This document shows, in pieces, positions 26,050 to 35,324 of a stretch of 58,207 nt of DNA. Within the stretch, counting starts at the first letter, position 1. Every line of letters starts with the position of its first letter. This DNA comes from a virus. Lineage: Duplodnaviria > Caudoviricetes. Position numbers and translations under genes: made by a program. The notes beneath the pieces were generated by a model. The model was not told where the DNA came from, made no database searches, and saw only the letters and a list, made by a program, of their open reading frames with translations. Where the stretch lies: the IMG/VR virus record IMGVR_UViG_3300029267_000807, positions 1 to 58,207 of that record; one strand, given 5' to 3'.

Positions 26050-26744
26050 AGGCGGTCATTGTCGCGACCCAGCGGTCGGGCGGGCTATACCTTGCGGGCT
26101 GTCTGTCGAACCATCGGGACATACACTGTCCCCGGGAAGAACCTCTTCGGCCCCAGGCGACATGGATTCAGCATATCGGGAAACGTCCGGTCCGGATCCT
26201 GGACCTTGTCCTAACAGAACCCTATTACAAGGTCGCGGCTTGTCGGCTGACCTATGATCAGGCACTACACCCGGGCGTCATGGAATACCTTGTCAATAAC
26301 GAAGTCAAGATCCTTCACTTGACGCGGGCGATTATGCCAACTGTGACAAGCGTCCTTCTGGCGAAACAGGAAATCCGGGACGGGGTTCCGCGGCATGTCT
26401 TTGACGGGTCCTTTGTGGACAATGAAGTCCTGGACGCGACCCCGGCGGACGTTGCCAACCGGATCAAGCGGCTGAACCAACAGCGGCGCGCGTTCCTTCG
26501 CGGCGTACAACAGAACTGCGAAATTCTTGAAGTCCGATACGAAGACATAACCCAACAGGCGAATGGATATATTCCCCTGGGGGAAACAAAGCGGATCTGT
26601 CAATTCCTGGACGTCATTCGCCGTCCTTTGTACGCGGGCAACCGGAAAATGCACAAACGGGCGATCGAAACCTATTACACCAACTGGAAGGAAGTCGCGA
26701 AGATGCTGAAGCGGAATGACTGGGCGGATCTATGGCGCGAATAG
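26046..26744 (+). CDS. Sulfotransferase (Stf0-like)
   Basis: 5'-PSB TQRSGG, LSNH, ILHLTR, VRYEDI. Confidence 0.8.
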   Translation: MKAVIVATQRSGGLYLAGCLSNHRDIHCPREEPLRPQATWIQHIGKRPVRILDLVLTEPYYKVAACRLTYDQALHPGVMEYLVNNEVKILHLTRAIMPTVTSVLLAKQEIRDGVPRHVFDGSFVDNEVLDATPADVANRIKRLNQQRRAFLRGVQQNCEILEVRYEDITQQANGYIPLGETKRICQFLDVIRRPLYAGNRKMHKRAIETYYTNWKEVAKMLKRNDWADLWRE

Positions 26745-27538
26745 ACAATGACGAAACCAAAAATATCGCGACCCCGTTTTTGATTCTGGCGCATGTCCGG
26801 ACAGGGGGGACCTTTTGCGCCCATGCGCTGTCGAATCACCCTTCGGTCTTTTGCGATCGCGGCGAAGTCATGCATCATGCGTCGATCTGGCGCAAGGCAA
26901 AGATCAAGCCGGATCGACTTATGGTCATGCTTTGGAATCAGACGGGTTATTTCGCGTCCGGCTTTCGGCTGATCTATCGACAGGCGTTCCATGAAAAAGT
27001 CTGGCCCACAGTCCAGAAGGTTCAGCCTAAAATCATACACCTTCAGCGGCGATCGCTTTTGCGACAGGCGTTGTCCTATGCTTACCAACAGCAAGTCCGC
27101 GGGCGCAACCTGGATTATCACCCGGTCCATAGCTTCAGGGAACGCGACGTCCCCCAGGCGACCATGGATCTTGATTATGCGGCATACGCTGTCGCGCGGA
27201 TCGCAAGCGAACGGAAGCGGGGACATGATCGGCTGAAGAAAGAATTCGACGGCGAATATATTGAAGTATTCTATGAAGACATGGTCCGCGGCGCGGCTGG
27301 GGGATCGGCCCAGGAAATGAATCCCCGGGAACGCGCGCGCGTCTGTCAGTTCCTGGGCGTCGACAATATCCCCCTTCCGGTCGACTTGAAACGCGAATTC
27401 CCCGTTCCCCTTTGGGAAATGTTCGGGAACTGGACGGCGCTTCGGGAACGGTTGGCGCGCGAAGGCTGGGGATACAGCGTCGAACAGGAAGAGAATTCAT
27501 GGACCCAGGTTGACGGGCGCTGGGTCCTGGGGGAATAA
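26732..27538 (+). CDS. Sulfotransferase (Stf0-like)
   Basis: HVRTGGT, LSNHP, IIHLQRRSLLRQALS (3'-PB), VFYEDM, CQFLGV. Confidence 0.85.
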   Translation: MARIDNDETKNIATPFLILAHVRTGGTFCAHALSNHPSVFCDRGEVMHHASIWRKAKIKPDRLMVMLWNQTGYFASGFRLIYRQAFHEKVWPTVQKVQPKIIHLQRRSLLRQALSYAYQQQVRGRNLDYHPVHSFRERDVPQATMDLDYAAYAVARIASERKRGHDRLKKEFDGEYIEVFYEDMVRGAAGGSAQEMNPRERARVCQFLGVDNIPLPVDLKREFPVPLWEMFGNWTALRERLAREGWGYSVEQEENSWTQVDGRWVLGE

Positions 27539-27540
27539 TG

Positions 27541-27569
27541 TTGATAGAACGGCTGTTCTAGTGTATAAT
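27541..27569 (+). promoter_or_regulatory. Internal promoter
   Basis: TTGATA-N17-TATAAT with an IR in the spacer. Confidence 0.65.
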
Positions 27570-27613
27570 GGTCATATAGCGATCAACCCCAGGACGGGGA
27601 AGGGGAAGGCAAC

Positions 27614-28069
27614 ATGGCGGACATTGTAAGGACCCAGGAACGCGGCGTTCCAAACGACATGGAATCGCGATATCGCGATCAGGAAGACGGGACGCATGCC
27701 CTTGTCGGGACGGCGCGAATTGAACGGCGAAAGGTTGTCGAATCAGTCACGATCCCGAACGGTCAGTCGCTGACAAGTCGCTGGATCGACATGCGATACT
27801 GGGCGGGCATGTGCATTCAGTTCCCGGAAGCTATGACCGGGACCCATTTCCAACTATACGGGCGCATGGAATCGACCGACGTCGAAGAGAAAGCGATCTG
27901 GGATACGCTGGGCGTCCTTCTGACCCAGCCGATCCAAAACGGGATCGTTATCGTGAACGCGGACATTTTCTCGGTCCCGTATGTCAAGATCCAGTCCTGT
28001 TCAGCGGCGGACGGAACCCCGCAAGCTGAAGCGGCTGAACGGACCCTGAAGGTTTCCAAAGCCCCATAG
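27614..28069 (+). CDS. Probable virion structural protein
   Basis: VTIPNGQSL...QAEAAERTL beta-rich pattern; position in structural arm. Confidence 0.55.
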   Translation: MADIVRTQERGVPNDMESRYRDQEDGTHALVGTARIERRKVVESVTIPNGQSLTSRWIDMRYWAGMCIQFPEAMTGTHFQLYGRMESTDVEEKAIWDTLGVLLTQPIQNGIVIVNADIFSVPYVKIQSCSAADGTPQAEAAERTLKVSKAP

Positions 28070-28077
28070 GGGGATAT

Positions 28078-31000
28078 ATGGCGCGCGTTTCAAGGGACAG
28101 CCAGTTTCTACACCCGACAGGCGGACAGCCGACGTTCGTCTTTGATCCGGATCTTGTCACGTTTACACCCGCCATGGACAAGCGGATCAGCCCCGGCCCC
28201 TTCTATACAGCCCCTATCGTACAGGGCAAATGGGATGGGACGGGTACCCCTGGCGTTGTGACGTTCCCCCGTGGCGATCAGGTGGGGAATGCGACAGAAG
28301 TCAGGTATGCCAACTTTGATCCATATCAGGGATCCATCGTCTTTTGGATCACGCCAGAATGGGACGGGGATGATGGGATTGAGCATATAGTTTTGCGCCC
28401 AGATTTGGGTGCCATCCAAATTTATAAGACAACCTCAGGTTATCTTCGCGGTTTGTTTAGGACAAGCGGCGGGACGATTGTAGATGCCAATGTAGATGTG
28501 ACGGCTTGGGTCGCGGGGAACACGTACTGCATTGTGTTTAGCTGGGACGTAAAGAACACGGTAGACGGAACAAACTATGTAAGGTTATCCGTAAACAATG
28601 CCCATTCCTATGGTGGTCCAGAGGGCGACGGAACGGCAGAGGACACCGCATCTGTCATTAATTTTGGGCAGGGTTCGGATTTGAAGGCTTCTGATGCTAT
28701 CATCGAAGGCTTGACGGTCTATCGCCGTGTCCTGACCGATGACAACGGTTACGGCACCTTGCCCCAGACAGGCAACCCCTACCAACTACCGTCAACCGAC
28801 GAACTGACCGAAATCTACAATGCGGGATCAGGGCGTGATCCTACTGAAGTCACAGGCTCAGAAGATGTCTGCTTTTGTCTCCCTACCGACAGTACAGCCG
28901 AAGCCTTGACAACCGGAACAGGCGAAGCATGGTCTTGGCCTTGGGGCGATAACTTGCCAGACGTGCATGGCATGTGGGATGGCGGCTTGCCTGGAACGGA
29001 TTATGCGGTTGAATTCAACGGGACAAGTACCCTGATCAACTGCGGATCAGGCGCAACCCTGGATGATATACCCAGCGGTGGTGAGATTACGGTCGGGGTT
29101 TGGGTGCGGATTGATTCAGCGTCAACAGTTCCCCGTATTATCACGAAAGGCCCTTTTGGAAGCGGTTGGCAATTATGGGTAAACGCAAGCGGACAGGTGC
29201 GGTTTACTGTATGGTGCGCTGACGGTGCGGCGTCGTCATGGTACACGACGAAAAGCATAGATGATGGCAAATTTCATTATGTCGTTGGATATTACAACGA
29301 TACTACAAAGCGATCCTATACAGCAGTGGACGGGGACTGGTCTTCTCATGCAACAGGCTCAGGCGCATATGAGGCAGATGCGGCCTATGATCTTATCATA
29401 GGATCTAACGAAGCGGGCGGCGCCCAGGATCTTGACGGCGCTATCGCTTGGGCGGCTATTTGGGACGACGATCACCATACAGCCGGAACGGACTTTATAC
29501 CCCCACGTACAGCCCCAACCCCAGGCGGCAACCTAGTCGAATGCTGGCACATGGACGAAGGGACAGGCGCGACAGCGGCGGCACAAGTCACAAGCCCAGG
29601 GAACGATGGGACGATCACGGACGGCGCATGGTCATCGATCTGGGAACAGGACGGAAGCCCCGTCATTCCGTACAGCCTGGAGTTTGACGGGGCGGCAACG
29701 GTTGTCAACTGCGGATCGGCGGCTGACATTGACGACGTTCCCGATGGCGGCGCGATCACGGTTGAGGCATGGGTGCGTCTTGGTGCTTCTGGCGATCATA
29801 CAGTTCTGTCGAAACAGCCTTCCGGCGCTGGATGGGCGTTGTACTTTTCAGCGGCGGGCTTTTTGATTTTTCGGGCAGAGTATGATACGACGGACGCCTT
29901 TGTGTCCGTAGGGAACGATTGGGCGGACGGGCGGTATCATCATGTTGTGGGAACCTATGACGAAGGGGGAGATCGGCTAGCGCGGCTTTGGATAGATGGG
30001 CTTTTAGTTCGTACTGCGGCGGCGGCTTCTGCTGGCAATTATGTGTCCGATGCGGCGGCAAGTCTTTATATCGGTCGCAACGCTTATGGTGCTTCGGGGT
30101 TTTATGATGGCGGCATAGCTTGGGCGCGCATCTCTGACAGCATTCGCTACACTGGCACCTTCGTTCCCCCTGATCGCCTAAACCCGCCAGCGGTTGACGG
30201 GAACACCTTGCGTCAATTCAACTTCAGGGACGGCGCGGGTGCAACCCTGACCGATGCAACGGGAACGGCAAACGGCACGATCACCTTTGGGGATGGATAC
30301 TGGAACACAACCCCGGACATGGCGATCGACGAACCTGGGGCAAGGGTCTACAATGGCGGATACAATGTCGGCGTCGACGCGGCTGGGGAAGGGGTTTACA
30401 TTGAACAGGCGGTTACGGCTGGGGACGATTACGTCGTCTTTCCTGTTCTGGCGATCGATCAGGACGGGCGGGCGCGACCCAGGATTCGCATTCGGGACGT
30501 AACAGGCGCGGCGGACGTTGTAACATTCAACGGCCCTATGCTGTACGGGACGCATGCGGGCGCGAATAATCAGGCGACCTTACAGCCGACGTCCCCCCGA
30601 TGGATCGCGGACGCGTTGATCGGCGCGACGGTCTACAATATCACGGACGGGTCTTCGGCGACCATTACGGACAATAGCGAAGGCGTTGTCACGGCGAACC
30701 TTGCGGGCGGAACGGACAATGACTGGGATACAAACGATGTGTTCCTGATTCGCTTTGACGAACCCTACTGCTTACACCCATGGGCGGAAACGTTCTGTTT
30801 CAAGGTTCCGGCGGGTTGCGCGACCCTTCGGGTCTTTGTCGAAAACATAAACGCGGAAGGCGTAATACAGATTCACCAACTGCAAGTATTACCCAACCTG
30901 TTGGCGAATGGCGATCATGAAAGTCTACAGGGCGTCAACCCTGAATTGATCACGGGATGGGCAAATCTCAACCTTGATCCAGGCGATACGCAAGCGTCAA

Positions 31001-31881
31001 GCGGTGGCGGCGGGATCATACACTCGGGCGCAGAAGCGTTACAGTGGAATGTTGGCGCAAGCAACGAGTATATGGATGTGGACATAGCAGGGGAAGCGGC
31101 TGGGAAATTTTACATGGGCGGGCTGTGGTATTATGGGGATGGCTCAGAACCTGTGTTGGGCGGATCGACAAGTGGGGATAGAATGAGGTTTCAGGTTGGA
31201 ACAGGCAACGCCTTGGAACCTAGTGAGTTGGCACAATGGAAAGTGGTTTGGAATGTCTTTCAGTGTGTAGGGACACCCGTAAAATGCATGTTGTACGCGC
31301 ATAGCGGGGCGGCGGGCTCGCGATATACGGATGATACGTGGTTGATCGAACTTGATCCCGTTACCCTGACCGTTACCCCCGCAAGCGAAGCCAACAGCGC
31401 GGAAGCGACGGGGCTTCGGGTTGACGGGCGCGACGATTGTCAACAGCCGATCCCAGCCGGATACTTTGCCCCGTCCTTCGGTTCGATTATGTTCAACTGG
31501 ACCCCGCGGCATGATGACAGCGACGTGATCGACTGGGGGAACGCGACCCCGCATGTGTTCTGGGCGGCGGGTCCGATCGCAAATTACATTGAACTGTACT
31601 GGACCGCGGCGGACAACCTTCGGCTTGAAGTCCAGGTCGGCGGAATCGCATCTTCGGCGGACTGGGCGACAGGCGGCGGCGCGATTGTCGCGGGAACAAC
31701 CTATGCTGTCCGGGTCTTTTACACTGGGGTTTCAATATATCTTTATGTCGACGGCGTTTTGAGAATTACGGTTTCCCCCGCGGCTGGGATCGACTTTACG
31801 GGCGATATCCCCCAGGGCATGTTCTGGGGATCGAACGCAACCCCGGCCCAGCATGTCGACGCAACGTTCGCGCGACCATAG
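28078..31881 (+). CDS. Large LamG/concanavalin-like multi-domain virion fibre or adhesin
   Basis: Repeated EF.G...INCGS...ITV..WVR...DG.(F/Y)H.VVG units. Confidence 0.8.
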   Translation: MARVSRDSQFLHPTGGQPTFVFDPDLVTFTPAMDKRISPGPFYTAPIVQGKWDGTGTPGVVTFPRGDQVGNATEVRYANFDPYQGSIVFWITPEWDGDDGIEHIVLRPDLGAIQIYKTTSGYLRGLFRTSGGTIVDANVDVTAWVAGNTYCIVFSWDVKNTVDGTNYVRLSVNNAHSYGGPEGDGTAEDTASVINFGQGSDLKASDAIIEGLTVYRRVLTDDNGYGTLPQTGNPYQLPSTDELTEIYNAGSGRDPTEVTGSEDVCFCLPTDSTAEALTTGTGEAWSWPWGDNLPDVHGMWDGGLPGTDYAVEFNGTSTLINCGSGATLDDIPSGGEITVGVWVRIDSASTVPRIITKGPFGSGWQLWVNASGQVRFTVWCADGAASSWYTTKSIDDGKFHYVVGYYNDTTKRSYTAVDGDWSSHATGSGAYEADAAYDLIIGSNEAGGAQDLDGAIAWAAIWDDDHHTAGTDFIPPRTAPTPGGNLVECWHMDEGTGATAAAQVTSPGNDGTITDGAWSSIWEQDGSPVIPYSLEFDGAATVVNCGSAADIDDVPDGGAITVEAWVRLGASGDHTVLSKQPSGAGWALYFSAAGFLIFRAEYDTTDAFVSVGNDWADGRYHHVVGTYDEGGDRLARLWIDGLLVRTAAAASAGNYVSDAAASLYIGRNAYGASGFYDGGIAWARISDSIRYTGTFVPPDRLNPPAVDGNTLRQFNFRDGAGATLTDATGTANGTITFGDGYWNTTPDMAIDEPGARVYNGGYNVGVDAAGEGVYIEQAVTAGDDYVVFPVLAIDQDGRARPRIRIRDVTGAADVVTFNGPMLYGTHAGANNQATLQPTSPRWIADALIGATVYNITDGSSATITDNSEGVVTANLAGGTDNDWDTNDVFLIRFDEPYCLHPWAETFCFKVPAGCATLRVFVENINAEGVIQIHQLQVLPNLLANGDHESLQGVNPELITGWANLNLDPGDTQASSGGGGIIHSGAEALQWNVGASNEYMDVDIAGEAAGKFYMGGLWYYGDGSEPVLGGSTSGDRMRFQVGTGNALEPSELAQWKVVWNVFQCVGTPVKCMLYAHSGAAGSRYTDDTWLIELDPVTLTVTPASEANSAEATGLRVDGRDDCQQPIPAGYFAPSFGSIMFNWTPRHDDSDVIDWGNATPHVFWAAGPIANYIELYWTAADNLRLEVQVGGIASSADWATGGGAIVAGTTYAVRVFYTGVSIYLYVDGVLRITVSPAAGIDFTGDIPQGMFWGSNATPAQHVDATFARP

Positions 31882-31890
31882 GAGAATATC

Positions 31891-32283
31891 ATGGCGGACT
31901 ATGTCAAAAGGTACAGGCTTTCCCGATCGCCGACGGCGCGGAACGACGGTTCTGGGCATGTCGATCATGACATTTACGCGATCGCGGCGGTTCAAGGGTC
32001 CGACGAATGGTTTGTCATTCCCGGGCGGCACAAAACGGTTAGCGTCCCGGCGGCGGATCTGTCCGCGGCGCTGGCTTCGGGGACGAATTCCCAGAAGGTC
32101 CAGGCATACAAAAACCTTTTGGCGGCAAACCTGAATACGATTCCCGAACCGATTACGGGCTGGGGACTGAACGAACTTGAAATGCTTCTGGACAATAACG
32201 ACGCGGCTTCGGCGGCGGCGGCTGAAGCAGACGCGTTCGTCCAAACGGTCGCGGGATCGTATCCTGTCGATTTCAACATGTAA
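31891..32283 (+). CDS. Hypothetical virion protein
   Basis: AGGAG RBS; structural arm. Confidence 0.65.
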   Translation: MADYVKRYRLSRSPTARNDGSGHVDHDIYAIAAVQGSDEWFVIPGRHKTVSVPAADLSAALASGTNSQKVQAYKNLLAANLNTIPEPITGWGLNELEMLLDNNDAASAAAAEADAFVQTVAGSYPVDFNM

Positions 32284-32292
32284 GGGGTTGTC

Positions 32293-32940
32293 ATGTCTGA
32301 TTACTGTTCAACAGCCGAAGTCAAAAATCAGATCGAAAAGGAAGGCGCGGACGCGGATATTGCGATCGCAAAGCTTGTAACAGCGGCTTCCCGGACGATC
32401 GACGGCTTTTGTAATCGTCCCGACAACTATTTTCTGGCGGCTGAAGCGACGAAATACTATTTCGGGACCGGACAGCCATGGTTACGGGTCGACGAATGCG
32501 TTTCGATTTCGGCGGTTTACCTGAAAGACGCCATGACCGATACGACGTATGAAACCCTGTCGAACCCGTCAACCCCCTGGGCTGGGGACGGCGATTATTT
32601 CCCGGGGAATGGGGATCATCGGCGACCCCAGCTAAAGACCCCATATAACCTTCTGTTCCTGGATCCGAATGGGGACTATTCGATCTGGACAAAGGGGGAC
32701 ATAAAGTTCAGGCTGTTTACTGTCAAGCTGACCGCGGACTTTGGCGGTTATGCGGCGGTCCCGGCGGACATAAAGGAAGCCGCGATCATGCAAACGGCGC
32801 GTTGGTGGAAGAGATTACAAGGCGGCATGGCGGATTCGCTGGCTTCGATCGAACTGGGACAGCCGACATTCCTTCAGGAACTGGATCCCGACGTGAAAAT
32901 GATCCTGATCCTGGGTCGACATGTGAACCCGGCGGTTTAG
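32293..32940 (+). CDS. Head-tail connector (gp6/gp15-like)
   Basis: YCSTAEVK, AASRTIDGFCNR, VPADIKEAAI. Confidence 0.85.
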   Translation: MSDYCSTAEVKNQIEKEGADADIAIAKLVTAASRTIDGFCNRPDNYFLAAEATKYYFGTGQPWLRVDECVSISAVYLKDAMTDTTYETLSNPSTPWAGDGDYFPGNGDHRRPQLKTPYNLLFLDPNGDYSIWTKGDIKFRLFTVKLTADFGGYAAVPADIKEAAIMQTARWWKRLQGGMADSLASIELGQPTFLQELDPDVKMILILGRHVNPAV

Positions 32941-32941
32941 A

Positions 32942-33457
32942 ATGAAACGCGGGTTCAACATGAAGGCCCATATAAAGGGGCTGAAGGAAACCCAGAAGAA
33001 GCTTGAACAGGTCGCGCGCGACTTGGGCGGCGCGGGTCAGGTTCCAGGGCGTCAATTACAGTCCGCGGTCGCGCGGTCCATGCTATATGTCGAAGGGAAG
33101 GCAAAGAAGAAGGTCCCGGTCGATCGCGGGCGGCTTCGCGCAAGCATCACGCCTAAAGTCGAACAGCCGAACCATACAACGATCCGCGGCATTGTTGGAT
33201 CAAATGTGAAATATGCCCCATATCAGGAATTTGGGACCCGTCCATTCTGGCCCCCATGGGAACCGATTTATCGCTGGGCGCTTCGCGTTGTCCAGGGGGA
33301 CCGGAAGGCGGCGGGCGCGCTGGCATATAAGGCGCGGCTGTCGATCGCGAAACGCGGAATCAAGGCAAAGAAATACTTTCAAGAAGCGTTCGACGAAAGC
33401 CAGTCCAGGATCAAACGTGAAATCGATCGGGCTGTCAAGGCGATTACGTCAAGGTAA
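32942..33457 (+). CDS. HK97 gp10-like neck protein
   Basis: VPVDRGRLRASI...VGSNVKYAPYQEFGT. Confidence 0.88.
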   Translation: MKRGFNMKAHIKGLKETQKKLEQVARDLGGAGQVPGRQLQSAVARSMLYVEGKAKKKVPVDRGRLRASITPKVEQPNHTTIRGIVGSNVKYAPYQEFGTRPFWPPWEPIYRWALRVVQGDRKAAGALAYKARLSIAKRGIKAKKYFQEAFDESQSRIKREIDRAVKAITSR

Positions 33458-33463
33458 GGGGAC

Positions 33464-33928
33464 ATGGCGCTAACGATCGGACAGGCGGTTACAGCGGTTC
33501 ACGACGCGTTCGTCGGCTTGACGGTTGGCGGCGATCCCTTTTACCTTCAGGATTACGACGAACTGAAGGAAGGGATTCATGACCTTCCGACGATCCAGTT
33601 TTACCCCGAAACGCTTGAAGTTGACGCGCGGACAGAAACCGATACGCATACGCTGAACAAGTCGGTCCGGGTCCATAGGTTAGTTGTCCGCATGGACGTT
33701 TACGCGGACAGGCGGAATCATCTTGACGAAAACATGGAACGGCTTGTCGACGTCTGGGACGCTGTAGAAGACGAACTGGAAGCGGAAGCGGGCTGTCCGG
33801 CGTTCGGCGTCGAAACGATTCGAAGCGTACACTGGACATGCGAACGGGTCATTTTCGATTACACCAACACTTCCCCGGCAACCGAATACGCGGGGATCCG
33901 ATACGAACTAGAACTGGAAATCTTCTAA
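33464..33928 (+). CDS. Probable tail terminator
   Basis: Size and position after gp10-like gene. Confidence 0.6.
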   Translation: MALTIGQAVTAVHDAFVGLTVGGDPFYLQDYDELKEGIHDLPTIQFYPETLEVDARTETDTHTLNKSVRVHRLVVRMDVYADRRNHLDENMERLVDVWDAVEDELEAEAGCPAFGVETIRSVHWTCERVIFDYTNTSPATEYAGIRYELELEIF

Positions 33929-34279
33929 ATGGACGAACTTTATATCGTTCTGAAGAACCTGGATTACAAAGGCGGGATCGTCCCAAAGGGAACGGTCATG
34001 TTCCTGGACCTTCCCCGGGAAAACCTGGACATTCTTGTCAACGTCGGCGCGATATCGCCCTTCGGGACCCCACCTTTTGACGTTCTTCCAGGTTGGCGAT
34101 ATCGGGCGAAGCGGCTGAAGAGAAACGGAATCACGGTTACAACGTTCCTTTATCGGAACGATCAGGACTTGGCGCATGCGCTGTCCCTACCGACGGAACT
34201 TGTTCGGCGTTGGCGGCGCGAACTAAAGACGGCTTTAGGCGTTGATCCAGACATTTCCCCCAGGGGAAAATCTGGATGA
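33929..34279 (+). CDS. Hypothetical virion-associated protein
   Basis: YIVLKNL...G.V...L..GAI N-terminal motif. Confidence 0.55.
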   Translation: MDELYIVLKNLDYKGGIVPKGTVMFLDLPRENLDILVNVGAISPFGTPPFDVLPGWRYRAKRLKRNGITVTTFLYRNDQDLAHALSLPTELVRRWRRELKTALGVDPDISPRGKSG

Positions 34280-34324
34280 TGTAATCAGAATTCGGGTCCG
34301 GCGGACCCATAGGAGCAAAGGAAA

Positions 34325-34786
34325 ATGCAAACAAGCGAAGCTGTAGCGTTGGGTTGCGGAAAGCTGGAAATTGACGTCGGTTGCAACGGCGTCTGGGTCG
34401 ACATTTCCGGTTCTTCGACGTCCCTGGACCCGATTTCCCAGGATCGCATGACAGGGGAAACGTACACCCTGGATGGCATGCGACCGATCATTCGCGGCGG
34501 AAAGAAACAGCCCTTTGAAGCCGTTGTGACGATCGTATATACGGAAGTCGCGGGCGAAGCCTGGGAAACGATCGAAGACGCATGGGACGCGGCGACTTGC
34601 GACCCCATGGTTTGCTTGCGTTGGTCCCCGAAAGGCGGCGCGGTTGGGGAAAAGCAGTATCGGATCCCGAATGGGATTCTGACCCAGATCACCTTCCCCA
34701 ACATGGACGCATCGGCGGGCGGACCGATCGCGGCGGGCTTTGTTGTTCGCGCGGGTTACGTCGAACCGACGGTCATTTCTAGCTAG
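34325..34786 (+). CDS. Major tail tube protein
   Basis: WVDISG, LRWSPKGG; position before chaperones. Confidence 0.75.
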   Translation: MQTSEAVALGCGKLEIDVGCNGVWVDISGSSTSLDPISQDRMTGETYTLDGMRPIIRGGKKQPFEAVVTIVYTEVAGEAWETIEDAWDAATCDPMVCLRWSPKGGAVGEKQYRIPNGILTQITFPNMDASAGGPIAAGFVVRAGYVEPTVISS

Positions 34787-34800
34787 AAGAAAGGCGTACA

Positions 34801-35115
34801 ATGCCAAAAAGAAAGCAGACGGTCCAGGCATGGACCCGGGAAGCCCAGGGCGCGGATTCATGGGTTGAATTCGTCCCTGTCACAGTTGAAGAAAGCCTGG
34901 GGCTTGTCCCGAATTCCATGCGATCGGAAGACGAAACGCGGCTTGACGAACTTCGAAATCGCGTTTTGCGCTGGAACTGGGTCGACGTCGAAGGGAACCC
35001 CCTTCCCCAGCCGGAAGAGGATCCAGACGTATGGAATTCATGTACAGCCGCGGAACTGGCGATCCTGTCGCGGATCGTCCTGGGCATGCCAACAGCGGAC
35101 GAACTAAAAAACTGA
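34801..35115 (+). CDS. Tail assembly chaperone (G-like)
   Basis: WNWVDVEGNPLPQP; ends at slippery A AAA AAC. Confidence 0.8.
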   Translation: MPKRKQTVQAWTREAQGADSWVEFVPVTVEESLGLVPNSMRSEDETRLDELRNRVLRWNWVDVEGNPLPQPEEDPDVWNSCTAAELAILSRIVLGMPTADELKN

Positions 35116-35324
35116 AGGGCCGTTTCTGGGACTTTATGAATCGCCCAGACGTTCATGAACCCCCGGCGGAATGGCTTTTGTTGTCATTCTGTCGGCTATA
35201 CCCAGGAACGACCCCCGGTCAGATCCGAAAGGAAGCCTGGGAACCCGTATCCATGCATGCGCGAATGGCGAACTGGGAAGCGGAATTTATGGAATTCCGA
35301 AGGAAACTGAATGCCAGAACGTAA
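35106..35324 (+). CDS. Tail assembly chaperone -1 frameshift extension (GT-like)
   Basis: A-AAA-AAC at 35106-35112; -1 frame open to 35324. Confidence 0.75.
   Translation, partial: KKLKGRFWDFMNRPDVHEPPAEWLLLSFCRLYPGTTPGQIRKEAWEPVSMHARMANWEAEFMEFRRKLNART

Noticed and set aside
22329-27538. Cluster as a DNA hypermodification system
   Set aside because: No base-hydroxylase, nucleotide kinase or own DNA polymerase seen, and it lies in the late structural operon; disfavoured but not excluded
28078-31881. Diversity-generating retroelement or invertible fibre cassette
   Set aside because: No reverse transcriptase or invertase; the duplicated LamG units differ at all base types, not only adenines
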